The notes under the pieces were generated by a model that worked only from the letters and a program-made list of their open reading frames with translations, made no database searches and was not told the DNA's origin. Below, piece after piece: positions 24,801 through 39,800 of a stretch of DNA of 64,000 bases. Position 1 is the first letter of the stretch; each line of letters opens with the position of its first letter. Location: contig OZ024741.1 in the NCBI GenBank assembly GCA_964016885.1, positions 114,700,001-114,764,000 of the forward strand. The letters run 5' to 3'. The position numbers and the translations under genes were made by a program. This DNA is from Eledone cirrhosa. Lineage: Eukaryota.

Positions 24801-27800
24801 TACCTTTAGTGGAGTCCACACTGTTTAACACTACCACTTAGTCCCTGGCTACCTTTAGCGGAGTCCACACTGTTTAACACTACCATCTGGTCCCTGGCTA
24901 CCTTTAGTGGAGTCCACACTGTTTAACACTACCACTTAGTCCCTGGCTACCTTTAGTGGAGTCCACACTGTTTAACACTACCACCTGGTCCCTGGCTACC
25001 TTTAGCGGAGTCCACACTGTTTAACACTACCACTTAGTCCCTGGCTACCTTTAGCGGAGTCCACACTGTTTAAGACTACCACCTGGTCCCTGGCTACCTT
25101 TAGTGGAGTCCACACTGTTTAACACTACCACCTGGTCCCTGGCTACCTTTAGCGGAGACAACACTGTTTAACACTACCACTTAGTCCCTGGCTACCTTTA
25201 GCGGAGTCCACACTGTTTAACACTACCACTTAGTCCCTGGCTACCTTTAGTGGAGTCCACACTGTTTAACACTACCACTTAGTCCCTGGCTACCTTTAGC
25301 GGAGTGCACACTGTTTAACACTACCACTTAGTCCCTGGCTACCTTTAGCGGAGTCCACACTGTTTAACACTACCACTTAGTCCCTGGCTACCTTTAGTGG
25401 AGTCCACACTGTTTAACACTACCACCTGGTCCCTGGCTACCTTTAGTGGAGTCCACACTGTTTAACACTATCACCTGGTCCCTGGCTACCTTTAGTGGAG
25501 TCCACACTGTTTAACACTACCACCTGGTGCCTGGCTACCTTTAGTGGAGTCCACACTGTTTAACACTACCACCTGGTCCCTGGCTACCTTTAGTGGAGTC
25601 CACACTGTTTAACACTACCAATTAGTCCCTGGCTACCTTTAGTGGAGTCCACACTGTTGAACACTACCACCTGGTCCCTGGCTACCTTTAGTGGAGTCCA
25701 CACTGTTTAACACTACCACCTGGTCCCTGGCTACCTTTAGTGGAGTCCACACTGTTTAACACTACCACCTGGTCCCTGGCTACCTTTAGTGGAGTCCACA
25801 CTGTTTAACACTACCACTTAGTCTCTGGCTACCTTTAGTGGAGTCCACACTGTTTAACACTACCACTTAGTCCCTGGCTACCTTTAGCGGAGTCCACACT
25901 GTTTAACACTACCACCTGGTCCCTGGGTACATTTAGTGGAGTCCACACTGTTTAACACTACCACTTAGTCCCTGGCTACCTTTAGTGGAGTCCACACTGT
26001 TTAACACTACCACCTGGTCCCTGGCTACCCTTAGTGGAGTCCACACTGTTTAACACTACCACTTAGTCCCTGGCTACCTTTAGTGGAGTCCACACTGTTT
26101 AACACTACCACCTGGTCCCTGGCTACCTTTAGTGGAGTCCACACTGTTTAACACTACCACCTGGTCCCTGGCTACCTTTAGTGGAGTCCACACTGTTTAA
26201 CACTACCACCTGGTCCCTGGCTACCCTTAGTGGAGTCCACACTGTTTAACACCACCACCTGGTCCCTGGCTACCTTTAGTTGAGTCCACACTGTTTAACA
26301 CTACCACTTAGTCTCTGGCTACCTTTAGTGGAGTCCACACTGTTTAACACTACCACCTGGTCCCTGGCTACCTTTAGTGGAGTCCACACTGTTTAACACT
26401 ACCACCTGGTTCCTGGCTACCTTTAGTGGAGTCCACACTGTTTAACACTACCACCTGGTCCCTGGCTACCTTTAGTGGAGTCCACACTGTTTAACACTAC
26501 CACTTAGTCCCTGGCTACCTTTAGTGGAGTCCACACTGTTTAACACTACCACTTAGCCCCTGGCTACCTTTAGCGGAGTCCACACTGTTTAACACTACCA
26601 CTTAGTCCCTGGCTACCTTTAGTGGAGTCCACACTGTTTAACACTACCACCTGGTCCCTGGCTACCTTTAGTGGAGTCCACACTGTTTGACACTACCACT
26701 TAGTCCCTGGCTACCTTTAGTGGAGTCCACACTGTTTAACACTACCACTTAGTCCCTGGCTACCTTTAGTGGAGTCCACACTGTTTAACACTACCACTTA
26801 GCCCCTGGCTACCTTTAGCGGAGTCCACACTGTTTAACACTACCACTTAGTCCCTGGCTACCTTTAGTGGAGTCCACACTGTTTAACACTACCACCTGGT
26901 CCCTGGCTACCTTTAGTGGAGTCCACACTGTTTAACACTACCACTTAGTCCCTGGCTACCTTTAGTGGAGTCCACACTGTTTAACACTACCACCTGGTCC
27001 CTGGCTACCTTTAGTGGAGTCCACACTGTTTAACACTACCACTTAGTCCCTGGCTACCTTTAGTGGAGTCCACACTGTTTAACACTACCACCTGGTCCCT
27101 GGCTACCTTTAGTGGAGTCCACACTGTTTAACACTACCACTTAGTCCCTGGCTACCTTTAGTGGAGTCCACACTGTTTAACACTACCACTTAGCCCCTGG
27201 GTACATTTAGTGGAGTCCACACTGTTTAACACTATCACCTGGTCCCTGGCTACCTTTAGTGGAGTCCACACTGTTTAACACTACCACCTGGTCCCTGGGT
27301 ACATTTAGTGGAGTCCACACTGTTTAACACTACCACCTGGTCCCCGGCTACCTTTAGTGGAGTCCACACTGTTTAACACTACCACCTGGTCCCTGGCTAC
27401 CTTTAGTGGAGTCCACACTGTTTAACACTACCACTTAGTCCCTGGCTACCTTTAGTGGAGTCCACACTGTTTAACACTACCACTTAGCCCCTGGCTACCT
27501 TTAGTGGAGTCCACACTGTTTAACACTACCACCTGGTCCCCGGCTACCTTTAGTGGAGTCCACACTGTTTAACACTACCACCTGGTCCCTGGCTACCTTT
27601 AGTGGAGTCCACACTGTTTAACACTACCACCTGGTCCCTGGCTACCTTTAGTGGAGTCCACACTGTTTAACACTACCACTTAGTCCCTGGCTACCTTTAG
27701 TGGAGTCCACACTGTTTAACACTACCACTTAGCCCCTGGCTACCTTTAGTGGAGTCCACACTCTTTAACACTACCACTTAGTCCCTGGCTACCTTTAGTG

Positions 27801-30800
27801 GAGTCCACACTGTTTAACACTACCACCTGGTCCCTGGCTACCTTTAGTGGAGTCCACACTGTTTAACACTACCACTTAGTCCCTGGCTACCTTTAGTGGA
27901 GTCCACACTGTTTAACACTACCACTTAGTCCCTGGCTACCTTTAGCGGAGTCCACACTGTTTAACACTACCACCTGGTCCCTGGCTACCTTTAGTGGAGT
28001 CCACACTGTTTAACACTACCACCTGGTCCCTGGCTACCTTTAGTGGAGTCCACACTGTTTAACACTACCACTTAGCCCCTGGCTACCTTTAGTGGAGTCC
28101 ACACTGTTTAACACTACCACCTGGTCCCTGGCTACCTTTAGTGGAGTCCACACTGTTTAACACTACCACTTAGTCCCTGGCTACCTTTAGTGGAGTCCAC
28201 ACTGTTTAACACTACCACTTAGTCCCTGGCTACCTTTAGTGGAGTCCACACTGTTTAACACTACCACTTAGTCCCTGGCTACCTTTAGTGGAGTCCACAC
28301 TGTTTAACACTACCACTTAGTCCCTGGCTACCTTTAGTGGAGTCCACACTGTTTAACACTACCACTTAGTCCCTGGCTACCTTTAGTGGAGTCCACACTG
28401 TTTAACACTACCACCTGGTCCCTGGCTACCTTTAGTGGAGTCCACACTGTTTAACACTACCACTTAGTCCCTGGCTACCTTTAGTGGAGTCCACACTGTT
28501 TAACACTACCACTTAGTCCCTGGCTACCTTTAGCGGAGTCCACAGTGTTTAACACTACCACTTAGTCCCTGGCTACCTTTAGTGGAGTCCACACTGTTTA
28601 ACACTACCACTTAGTCCCTGGCTACCTTTAGTGGAGTCCACACTGTTTAACACTACCACCTGGTTCCTGGCTACCTTTAGTGGAGTCCACACTGTTTAAC
28701 ACTACCACTTAGTCCCTGGCTACCTTTAGTGGAGTCCACACTGTTTAACACTACCACCTGGTCCCTGGCTACCTTTAGTGGAGTCCACACTGTTTAACAC
28801 TACCACCTGGTCCCTGGCTACCTTTAGTGGAGTCCACACTGTTTAACACTACCACTTAGTCCCTGGCTACCTTTAGTGGAGTCCACACTGTTTAACACTA
28901 CCACCTGGTCCCTGGCTACCTTTAGTGGAGTCCACACTGTTTAACACTACCACCTGGTCCCTGGCTACCTTTAGTGGAGTCCACACTGTTTAACACTACC
29001 ACTTAGTCCCTGGCTACCTTTAGTGGAGTCCACACTGTTTAACACTACCACCTGGTCCCTGGCTACCTTTAGTGGAGTCCACACTGTTTAACACTACCAC
29101 TTAGTCCCTGGCTACCTTTAGCGGAGTCCACACTGTTTAACACTACCATCTGGTCCCTGGCTACCTTTAGTGGAGTCCACACTGTTTAACACTACCACTT
29201 AGTCCCTGGCTACCTTTAGCGGAGTCCACACTGTTTAACACTACCATCTGGTCCCTGGCTACCTTTAGTGGAGTCCACACTGTTTAACACTACCACTTAG
29301 TCCCTGGCTACCTTTAGTGGAGTGCACACTGTTTAACACTACCACCTGGTCCCTGGCTACCTTTAGCGGAGTCCACACTGTTTAACACTACCACTTAGTC
29401 CCTGGCTACCTTTAGCGGAGTCCACACTGTTTAAGACTACCACCTGGTCCCTGGCTACCTTTAGTGGAGTCCACACTGTTTAACACTACCACCTGGTCCC
29501 TGGCTACCTTTAGCGGAGACAACACTGTTTAACACTACCACTTAGTCCCTGGCTACCTTTAGCGGAGTCCACACTGTTTAACACTACCACTTAGTCCCTG
29601 GCTACCTTTAGTGGAGTCCACACTGTTTAACACTACCACTTAGTCCCTGGCTACCTTTAGCGGAGTGCACACTGTTTAACACTACCACTTAGTCCCTGGC
29701 TACCTTTAGCGGAGTCCACACTGTTTAACACTACCACTTAGTCCCTGGCTACCTTTAGTGGAGTCCACACTGTTTAACACTACCACCTGGTCCCTGGCTA
29801 CCTTTAGTGGAGTCCACACTGTTTAACACTACCACCTGGTCCCTGGCTACCTTTAGTGGAGTCCACACTGTTTAACACTACCACCTGGTGCCTGGCTACC
29901 TTTAGTGGAGTCCACACTGTTTAACACTACCACCTGGTCCCTGGCTACCTTTAGTGGAGTCCACACTGTTTAACACTACCAATTAGTCCCTGGCTACCTT
30001 TAGTGGAGTCCACACTGTTGAACACTACCACCTGGTCCCTGGCTACCTTTAGTGGAGTCCACACTGTTTAACACTACCACCTGGTCCCTGGCTACCTTTA
30101 GTGGAGTCCACACTGTTTAACACTACCACCTGGTCCCTGGCTACCTTTAGTGGAGTCCACACTGTTTAACACTACCACTTAGTCTCTGGCTACCTTTAGT
30201 GGAGTCCACACTGTTTAACACTACCACTTAGTCCCTGGCTACCTTTAGCGGAGTCCACACTGTTTAACACTACCACCTGGTCCCTGGGTACATTTAGTGG
30301 AGTCCACACTGTTTAACACTACCACTTAGTCCCTGGCTACCTTTAGTGGAGTCCACACTGTTTAACACTACCACCTGGTCCCTGGCTACCCTTAGTGGAG
30401 TCCACACTGTTTAACACTACCACTTAGTCCCTGGCTACCTTTAGTGGAGTCCACACTGTTTAACACTACCACCTGGTCCCTGGCTACCTTTAGTGGAGTC
30501 CACACTGTTTAACACTACCACCTGGTCCCTGGCTACCTTTAGTGGAGTCCACACTGTTTAACACTACCACCTGGTCCCTGGCTACCCTTAGTGGAGTCCA
30601 CACTGTTTAACACCACCACCTGGTCCCTGGCTACCTTTAGTTGAGTCCACACTGTTTAACACTACCACTTAGTCTCTGGCTACCTTTAGTGGAGTCCACA
30701 CTGTTTAACACTACCACCTGGTCCCTGGCTACCTTTAGTGGAGTCCACACTGTTTAACACTACCACCTGGTTCCTGGCTACCTTTAGTGGAGTCCACACT

Positions 30801-33800
30801 GTTTAACACTACCACCTGGTCCCTGGCTACCTTTAGTGGAGTCCACACTGTTTAACACTACCACTTAGTCCCTGGCTACCTTTAGTGGAGTCCACACTGT
30901 TTAACACTACCACTTAGCCCCTGGCTACCTTTAGCGGAGTCCACACTGTTTAACACTACCACTTAGTCCCTGGCTACCTTTAGTGGAGTCCACACTGTTT
31001 AACACTACCACCTGGTCCCTGGCTACCTTTAGTGGAGTCCACACTGTTTGACACTACCACTTAGTCCCTGGCTACCTTTAGTGGAGTCCACACTGTTTAA
31101 CACTACCACTTAGTCCCTGGCTACCTTTAGTGGAGTCCACACTGTTTAACACTACCACTTAGCCCCTGGCTACCTTTAGCGGAGTCCACACTGTTTAACA
31201 CTACCACTTAGTCCCTGGCTACCTTTAGTGGAGTCCACACTGTTTAACACTACCACCTGGTCCCTGGCTACCTTTAGTGGAGTCCACACTGTTTAACACT
31301 ACCACTTAGTCCCTGGCTACCTTTAGTGGAGTCCACACTGTTTAACACTACCACCTGGTCCCTGGCTACCTTTAGTGGAGTCCACACTGTTTAACACTAC
31401 CACTTAGTCCCTGGCTACCTTTAGTGGAGTCCACACTGTTTAACACTACCACCTGGTCCCTGGCTACCTTTAGTGGAGTCCACACTGTTTAACACTACCA
31501 CTTAGTCCCTGGCTACCTTTAGTGGAGTCCACACTGTTTAACACTACCACTTAGCCCCTGGGTACATTTAGTGGAGTCCACACTGTTTAACACTATCACC
31601 TGGTCCCTGGCTACCTTTAGTGGAGTCCACACTGTTTAACACTACCACCTGGTCCCTGGGTACATTTAGTGGAGTCCACACTGTTTAACACTACCACCTG
31701 GTCCCCGGCTACCTTTAGTGGAGTCCACACTGTTTAACACTACCACCTGGTCCCTGGCTACCTTTAGTGGAGTCCACACTGTTTAACACTACCACTTAGT
31801 CCCTGGCTACCTTTAGTGGAGTCCACACTGTTTAACACTACCACTTAGCCCCTGGCTACCTTTAGTGGAGTCCACACTGTTTAACACTACCACCTGGTCC
31901 CCGGCTACCTTTAGTGGAGTCCACACTGTTTAACACTACCACCTGGTCCCTGGCTACCTTTAGTGGAGTCCACACTGTTTAACACTACCACCTGGTCCCT
32001 GGCTACCTTTAGTGGAGTCCACACTGTTTAACACTACCACTTAGTCCCTGGCTACCTTTAGTGGAGTCCACATTGTTTAACACTACCACTTAGCCCCTGG
32101 CTACCTTTAGTGGAGTCCACACTCTTTAACACTACCACTTAGTCCCTGGCTACCTTTAGTGGAGTCCACACTGTTTAACACTACCACCTGGTCCCTGGCT
32201 ACCTTTAGTGGAGTCCACACTGTTTAACACTACCACTTAGTCCCTGGCTACCTTTAGTGGAGTCCACACTGTTTAACACTACCACTTAGTCCCTGGCTAC
32301 CTTTAGCGGAGTCCACACTGTTTAACACTACCACCTGGTCCCTGGCTACCTTTAGTGGAGTCCACACTGTTTAACACTACCACCTGGTCCCTGGCTACCT
32401 TTAGTGGAGTCCACACTGTTTAACACTACCACTTAGTCCCTGGCTACCTTTAGTGGAGTCCACACTGTTTAACACTACCACTTAGTCCCTGGCTACCTTT
32501 AGCGGAGTCCACACTGTTTAACACTACCACTTAGTCCCTGGCTACCTTTAGTGGAGTCCACACTGTTTAACACTACCACTTAGTCCCTGGCTACCTTTAG
32601 TGGAGTCCACACTGTTTAACACTACCACTTAGTCCCTGGCTACCTTTAGTGGAGTCCACACTGTTTAACACTACCACTTAGTCTCTGGCTACCTTTAGTG
32701 GAGTCCACACTGTTTAACACTACCATCTGGTCCCTGGCTACCTTTAGTGGAGTCCACACTGTTTAACACTACCACTTAGTCCCTGGCTACCTTTAGTGGA
32801 GTCCACACTGTTTAACACTACCACCTGGTCCCTGGCTACCTTTAGTGGAGTCCACACTGTTTAACACTACCACTTAGTCCCTGGCTACCTTTAGTGGAGT
32901 CCACACTGTTTAACACTACCACCTGGTCCCTGGCTACCTTTAGTGGAGTCCACACTGTTTAACACCACCACCTGGTCCCTGGCTACCTTTAGCGGAGTCC
33001 ACACTGTTTAACACTACCACTTAGTCCCTGGCTACCTTTAGTGGAGTCCACACTGTTTAACACTACCACCTGGTCCCTGGCTACCTTTAGCGGAGTCCAC
33101 AATGTTTAACACTACCACTTAGTCCCTGGCTACCTTTAGCGGAGTCCACACTGTTTAACACTACCACCTGGTCCCTGGCTACCTTTAGTGGAGTCCACAC
33201 TGTTTAACACTACCACTTAGTCCCTGGCTACCTTTAGTGGAGTCCACACTGTTTAACACTACCACCTGGTCCCTGGCTACCTTTAGTGGAGTCCACACTG
33301 TTTAACACTACCACTTAGTCCCTGGCTACCTTTAGTGGAGTCCACACTGTTTAACACTACCACCTGGTCCCTGGCTACCTTTAGCGGAGTCCACAATGTT
33401 TAACACTACCACTTAGTCCCTGGCTACCTTTAGCGGAGTCCACACTGTTTAACACTACCACCTGGTCCCTGGCTACCTTTAGTGGAGTCCACACTGTTTA
33501 ACACTACCACTTAGTCCCTGGCTACCTTTAGTGGAGTCCACACTGTTTAACACTACCACCTGGTCCCTGGCTACCTTTAGTGGAGTCCACACTGTTTAAC
33601 ACTACCACTTAGTCCCTGGCTACCTTTAGTGGAGTCCACACTGTTTAACACTACCACCTGGTCCCTGGCTACCTTTAGTGGAGTCCACACTGTTTAACAC
33701 TACCACCTGGTCCCTGGCTACCTTTAGTGGAGTCCACACTGTTTAACACTATCACCTGGTCCCTGGCTACCTTTAGTGGAGTCCACACTGTTTAACACTA

Positions 33801-36800
33801 CCACTTAGTCTCTGGCTACCTTTAGTGGAGTCCACACTGTTTAACACTACCACCTGGTCCCTGGCTACCTTTAGTGGAGTCCACACTGTTTAACACCACC
33901 ACCTGGTCCCTGGCTACCTTTAGTGGAGTCCACACTGTTTAACACTATCACCTGGTCCCTGGCTACCTTTAGTGGAGTCCACACTGTTTAACACTACCAC
34001 CTGGTCCCTGGCTACCTTTAGTGGAGTCCACACTGTTTAACACTACCACTTAGTCCCTGGCTACCTTTAGTGGAGTCCACACTGTTTAACACTACCACCT
34101 GGTCCCTGGCTACCTTTAGTGGAGTCCACACTGTTTAACACTACCACCTGGTCCCTGGCCACCTTTAGTGGAGTCCACACTGTTTAACACTACCACCTGG
34201 TCCCTGGCTACCTTTAGTGGAGTCCACACTGTTTAACACTACCACCTGGTCCCTGGCTACCTTTAGTGGAGTCCACACTGTTTAACACTACCACTTAGTC
34301 TCTGGCTACCTTTAGTGGAGTCCACACTGTTTAACACTACCACTTAGTCCCTGGCTACCTTTAGCGGAGTCCACACTGTTTAACACTACCACTTAGTCCC
34401 TGGCTACCTTTAGCGGAGTCCACACTGTTTAACACTACCACCTGGTCCCTGGCTACCTTTAGTGGAGTCCACACTGTTTAACACTACCATCTGGTCCCTG
34501 GCTACCTTTAGTGGAGTCCACACTGTTTAACACTACCACCTGGTCCCTGGCTACCTTTAGTGGAGTCCACACTGTTTAACACTACCATCTGGTCCCTGGC
34601 TACCTTTAGTGGAGTCCACACTGTTTAACACTACCACCTGGTCCCTGGCTACCTTTAGTGGAGTCCACACTGTTTAACACTACCACTTAGTCTCTGGCTA
34701 CCTTTAGTGGAGTCCACACTGTTTAACACTACCACCTGGTCCCTGGCTACCTTTAGTGGAGTCCACACTGTTTAACACTACCACCTGGTCCCTGGCTACC
34801 TTTAGTGGAGTCCACACTGTTTAACACTACCACCTGGTCCCTGGCTACCTTTAGTGGAGTCCACACTGTTTAACACTACCATCTGGTCCCTGGCTACCTT
34901 TAGTGGAGTCCACACTGTTTAACACTACCACCTGGTCCCTGGCTACCTTTAGTGGAGTCCACACTGTTTAACACTACCACCTGGTCCCTGGCTACCTTTA
35001 GTGGAGTCCACACTGTTTAACACTACCACCTGGTCCCTGGCTACCTTTAGTGGAGTCCACACTGTTTAACACTACCACCTGGTCCCTGGCTACCTTTAGT
35101 GGAGTCCACACTGTTTAACACTACCACTTAGTCTCTGGCTACCTTTAGTGGAGTCCACACTGTTTAACACTACCACTTAGTCCCTGGCTACCTTTAGTGG
35201 AGTCCACACTGTTTAACACTACCACCTGGTCCCTGGCTACCTTTAGTGGAGTCCACACTGTTTAACACTACCACTTAGTCTCTGGCTACCTTTAGTGGAG
35301 TCCACACTGTTTAACACTACCACCTGGTCCCTGGCTACCTTTAGTGGAGTCCACACTGTTTAACACTACCACCTGGTCCCTGGCTACCTTTAGTGGAGTC
35401 CACACTGTTTAACACTACCACCTGGTCCCTGGCTACCTTTAGTGGAGTCCACACTGTTTAACACTACCACTTAGCCCCTGGCTACCTTTAGTGGAGTCCA
35501 CACTGTTTAACACTACCACCTGGTCCCTGGCTACCTTTAGTGGAGTCCACACTGTTTAACACTACCACCTGGTCCCTGGCTACCTTTAGTGGAGTCCACA
35601 CTGTTTAACACTACCACTTAGTCCCTGGCTACCTTTAGTGGAGTCCACACTGTTTAACACTACCACCTGGTCCCTGGCTACCTTTAGTGGAGTCCACACT
35701 GTTTAACACCACCACCTGGTCCCTGGCTACCTTTAGCGGAGTCCACACTGTTTAACACTACCACTTAGTCCCTGGCTACCTTTAGCGGAGTCCACACTGT
35801 TTAACACTACCACCTGGTCCCTGGCTACCTTTAGTGGAGTCCACACTGTTTAACACTACCACCTGGTCGCTGGCTACCTTTAGCGGAGACAACACTGTTT
35901 AACACTACCACTTAGTCCCTGGCTACCTTTAGCGGAGTCCACACTGTTTAACACTACCACTTAGTCCCTGGCTACCTTTAGTGGAGTCCACACTGTTTAA
36001 CACTACCACTTAGTCCCTGGCTACCTTTAGCGGAGTGCACACTGTTTAACACTACCACTTAGTCCCTGGCTACCTTTAGCGGAGTCCACACTGTTTAACA
36101 CTACCACTTAGTCCCTGGCTACCTTTAGTGGAGTCCACACTGTTTAACACTACCACCTGGTCCCTGGCTACCTTTAGTGGAGTCCACACTGTTTAACACT
36201 ACCACCTGGTCCCTGGCTACCTTTAGTGGAGTCCACACTGTTTAACACTACCACCTGGTGCCTGGCTACCTTTAGTGGAGTCCACACTGTTTAACACTAC
36301 CACCTGGTCCCTGGCTACCTTTAGTGGAGTCCACACTGTTTAACACTACCAATTAGTCCCTGGCTACCTTTAGTGGAGTCCACACTGTTGAACACTACCA
36401 CCTGGTCCCTGGCTACCTTTAGTGGAGTCCACACTGTTTAACACTACCACCTGGTCCCTGGCTACCTTTAGTGGAGTCCACACTGTTTAACACTACCACC
36501 TGGTCCCTGGCTACCTTTAGTGGAGTCCACACTGTTTAACACTACCACTTAGTCTCTGGCTACCTTTAGTGGAGTCCACACTGTTTAACACTACCACTTA
36601 GTCCCTGGCTACCTTTAGCGGAGTCCACACTGTTTAACACTACCACCTGGTCCCTGGGTACATTTAGTGGAGTCCACACTGTTTAACACTACCACTTAGT
36701 CCCTGGCTACCTTTAGTGGAGTCCACACTGTTTAACACTACCACCTGGTCCCTGGCTATCCTTAGTGGAGTCCACACTGTTTAACACTACCACTTAGTCC

Positions 36801-39800
36801 CTGGCTACCTTTAGTGGAGTCCACACTGTTTAACACTACCACCTGGTCCCTGGCTACCCTTAGTGGAGTCCACACTGTTTAACACCACCACCTGGTCCCT
36901 GGCTACCTTTAGTTGAGTCCACACTGTTTAACACTACCACTTAGTCTCTGGCTACCTTTAGTGGAGTCCACACTGTTTAACACTACCACCTGGTCCCTGG
37001 CTACCTTTAGTGGAGTCCACACTGTTTAACACTACCACCTGGTTCCTGGCTACCTTTAGTGGAGTCCACACTGTTTAACACTACCACCTAGTCCCTGGCT
37101 ACCTTTAGTGGAGTCCACACTGTTTAACACTACCACTTAGTCCCTGGCTACCTTTAGTGGAGTCCACACTGTTTAACACTACCACTTAGCCCCTGGCTAC
37201 CTTTAGTGGAGTCCACACTGTTTAACACTACCACTTAGTCCCTGGCTACCTTTAGTGGAGTCCACACTGTTTAACACTACCACTTAGCCCCTGGCTACCT
37301 TTAGCGGAGTCCACACTGTTTAACACTACCACTTAGTCCCTGGCTACCTTTAGTGGAGTCCACACTGTTTAACACTACCACCTGGTCCCTGGCTACCTTT
37401 AGTGGAGTCCACACTGTTTAACACTACCACTTAGTCCCTGGCTACCTTTAGTGGAGTCCACACTGTTTAACACTACCACCTGGTCCCTGGCTACCTTTAG
37501 TGGAGTCCACACTGTTTAACACTACCACTTAGTCCCTGGCTACCTTTAGTGGAGTCCACACTGTTTAACACTACCACCTGGTCCCTGGCTACCTTTAGTG
37601 GAGTCCACACTGTTTAACACTACCACTTAGTCCCTGGCTACCTTTAGTGGAGTCCACACTGTTTAACACTACCACTTAGCCCCTGGGTACATTTAGTGGA
37701 GTCCACACTGTTTAACACTATCACCTGGTCCCTGGCTACCTTTAGTGGAGTCCACACTGTTTAACACTACCACCTGGTCCCTGGGTACATTTAGTGGAGT
37801 CCACACTGTTTAACACTACCACCTGGTCCCCGGCTACCTTTAGTGGAGTCCACACTGTTTAACACTACCACCTGGTCCCTGGCTACCTTTAGTGGAGTCC
37901 ACACTGTTTAACACTACCACTTAGTCCCTGGCTACCTTTAGTGGAGTCCACACTGTTTAACACTACCACTTAGCCCCTGGCTACCTTTAGTGGAGTCCAC
38001 ACTGTTTAACACTACCACCTGGTCCCCGGCTACCTTTAGTGGAGTCCACACTGTTTAACACTACCACCTGGTCCCTGGCTACCTTTAGTGGAGTCCACAC
38101 TGTTTAACACTACCACCTGGTCCCTGGCTACCTTTAGTGGAGTCCACACTGTTTAACACTACCACTTAGTCCCTGGCTACCTTTAGTGGAGTCCACACTG
38201 TTTAACACTACCACTTAGCCCCTGGCTACCTTTAGTGGAGTCCACACTGTTTAACACTACCACTTAGTCCCTGGCTACCTTTAGTGGAGTCCACACTGTT
38301 TAACACTACCACCTGGTCCCTGGCTACCTTTAGTGGAGTCCACACTGTTTAACACTACCACTTAGTCCCTGGCTACCTTTAGTGGAGTCCACACTGTTTA
38401 ACACTACCACCTGGTCCCTGGCTACCTTTAGTGGAGTCCACACTGTTTAACACCACCACCTGGTCCCTGGCTACCTTTAGCGGAGTCCACACTGTTTAAC
38501 ACTACCACTTAGTCCCTGGCTACCTTTAGTGGAGTCCACACTGTTTAACACTACCACCTGGTCCCTGGCTACCTTTAGTGGAGTCCACACTGTTTAACAC
38601 TACCACTTAGTCCCTGGCTACCTTTAGTGGAGTCCACACTGTTTAACACTACCACCTGGTCCCTGGCTACCTTTAGTGGAGTCCACACTGTTTAACACCA
38701 CCACCTGGTCCCTGGCTACCTTTAGCGGAGTCCACACTGTTTAACACTACCACTTAGTCCCTGGCTACCTTTAGCGGAGTCCACACTGTTTAACACTACC
38801 ACCTGGTCCCTGGCTACCTTTAGTGGAGTCCACACTGTTTAACACTACCACCTGGTCCCTGGCTACCTTTAGTGGAGTCCACACTGTTTAACACTACCAC
38901 CTGGTCCCTGGCTACCTTTAGTGGAGTCCACACTGTTTAACACTACCATTTAGTCCCTGGCTACCTTTAGCGGAGTCCACACTGTTTAACACTACCACCT
39001 GGTCCCTGGCTACCTTTAGCGGAGACAACACTGTTTAACACTACCACTTAGTCCCTGGCTACCTTTAGTGGAGTCCACACTGTTTAACACTACCACCTGG
39101 TCCCTGGCTACCTTTAGCGGAGTCCACACTGTTTAACACTACCACCTGGTCCCTGGCTACCTTTAGTGGAGTCCACACTGTTTAACACTACCACTTAGTC
39201 CCTGGCTACCTTTAGCGGAGTCCACACTGTTTAACACTACCACCTGGTCCCTGGCTACCTTTAGTGGAGTCCACACTGTTTAACACTACCACTTAGTCCC
39301 TGGCTACCTTTAGTGGAGTCCACACTGTTTAACACTACCACCTGGTCCCTGGCTACCTTTAGCGGAGACAACACTGTTTAACACTACCACTTAGTCCCTG
39401 GCTACCTTTAGTGGAGTCCACACTGTTTAACACTACCACCTGGTCCCTGGCTACCTTTAGTGGAGTCCACACTGTTTAACACTACCACTTAGTCCCTGGC
39501 TACCTTTAGCGGAGTCCACACTGTTTAACACTACCACTTAGTCCCTGGCTACCTTTAGTGGAGTCCACACTGTTTAACACTACCACTTAGTCCCTGGCTA
39601 CCTTTAGTGGAATCCACACTGTTTAACACTACCACCTGGTCCCTGGCTACCTTTAGTGGAGTCCACACTGTTTAACACTACCACTTAGTCTCTGGCTACC
39701 TTTAGTGGAGTCCACACTGTTTAACACTACCACTTAGTCTCTGGCTACCTTTAGTGGAGTCCACACTGTTTAACACTACCACCTGGTCCCTGGCTACCTT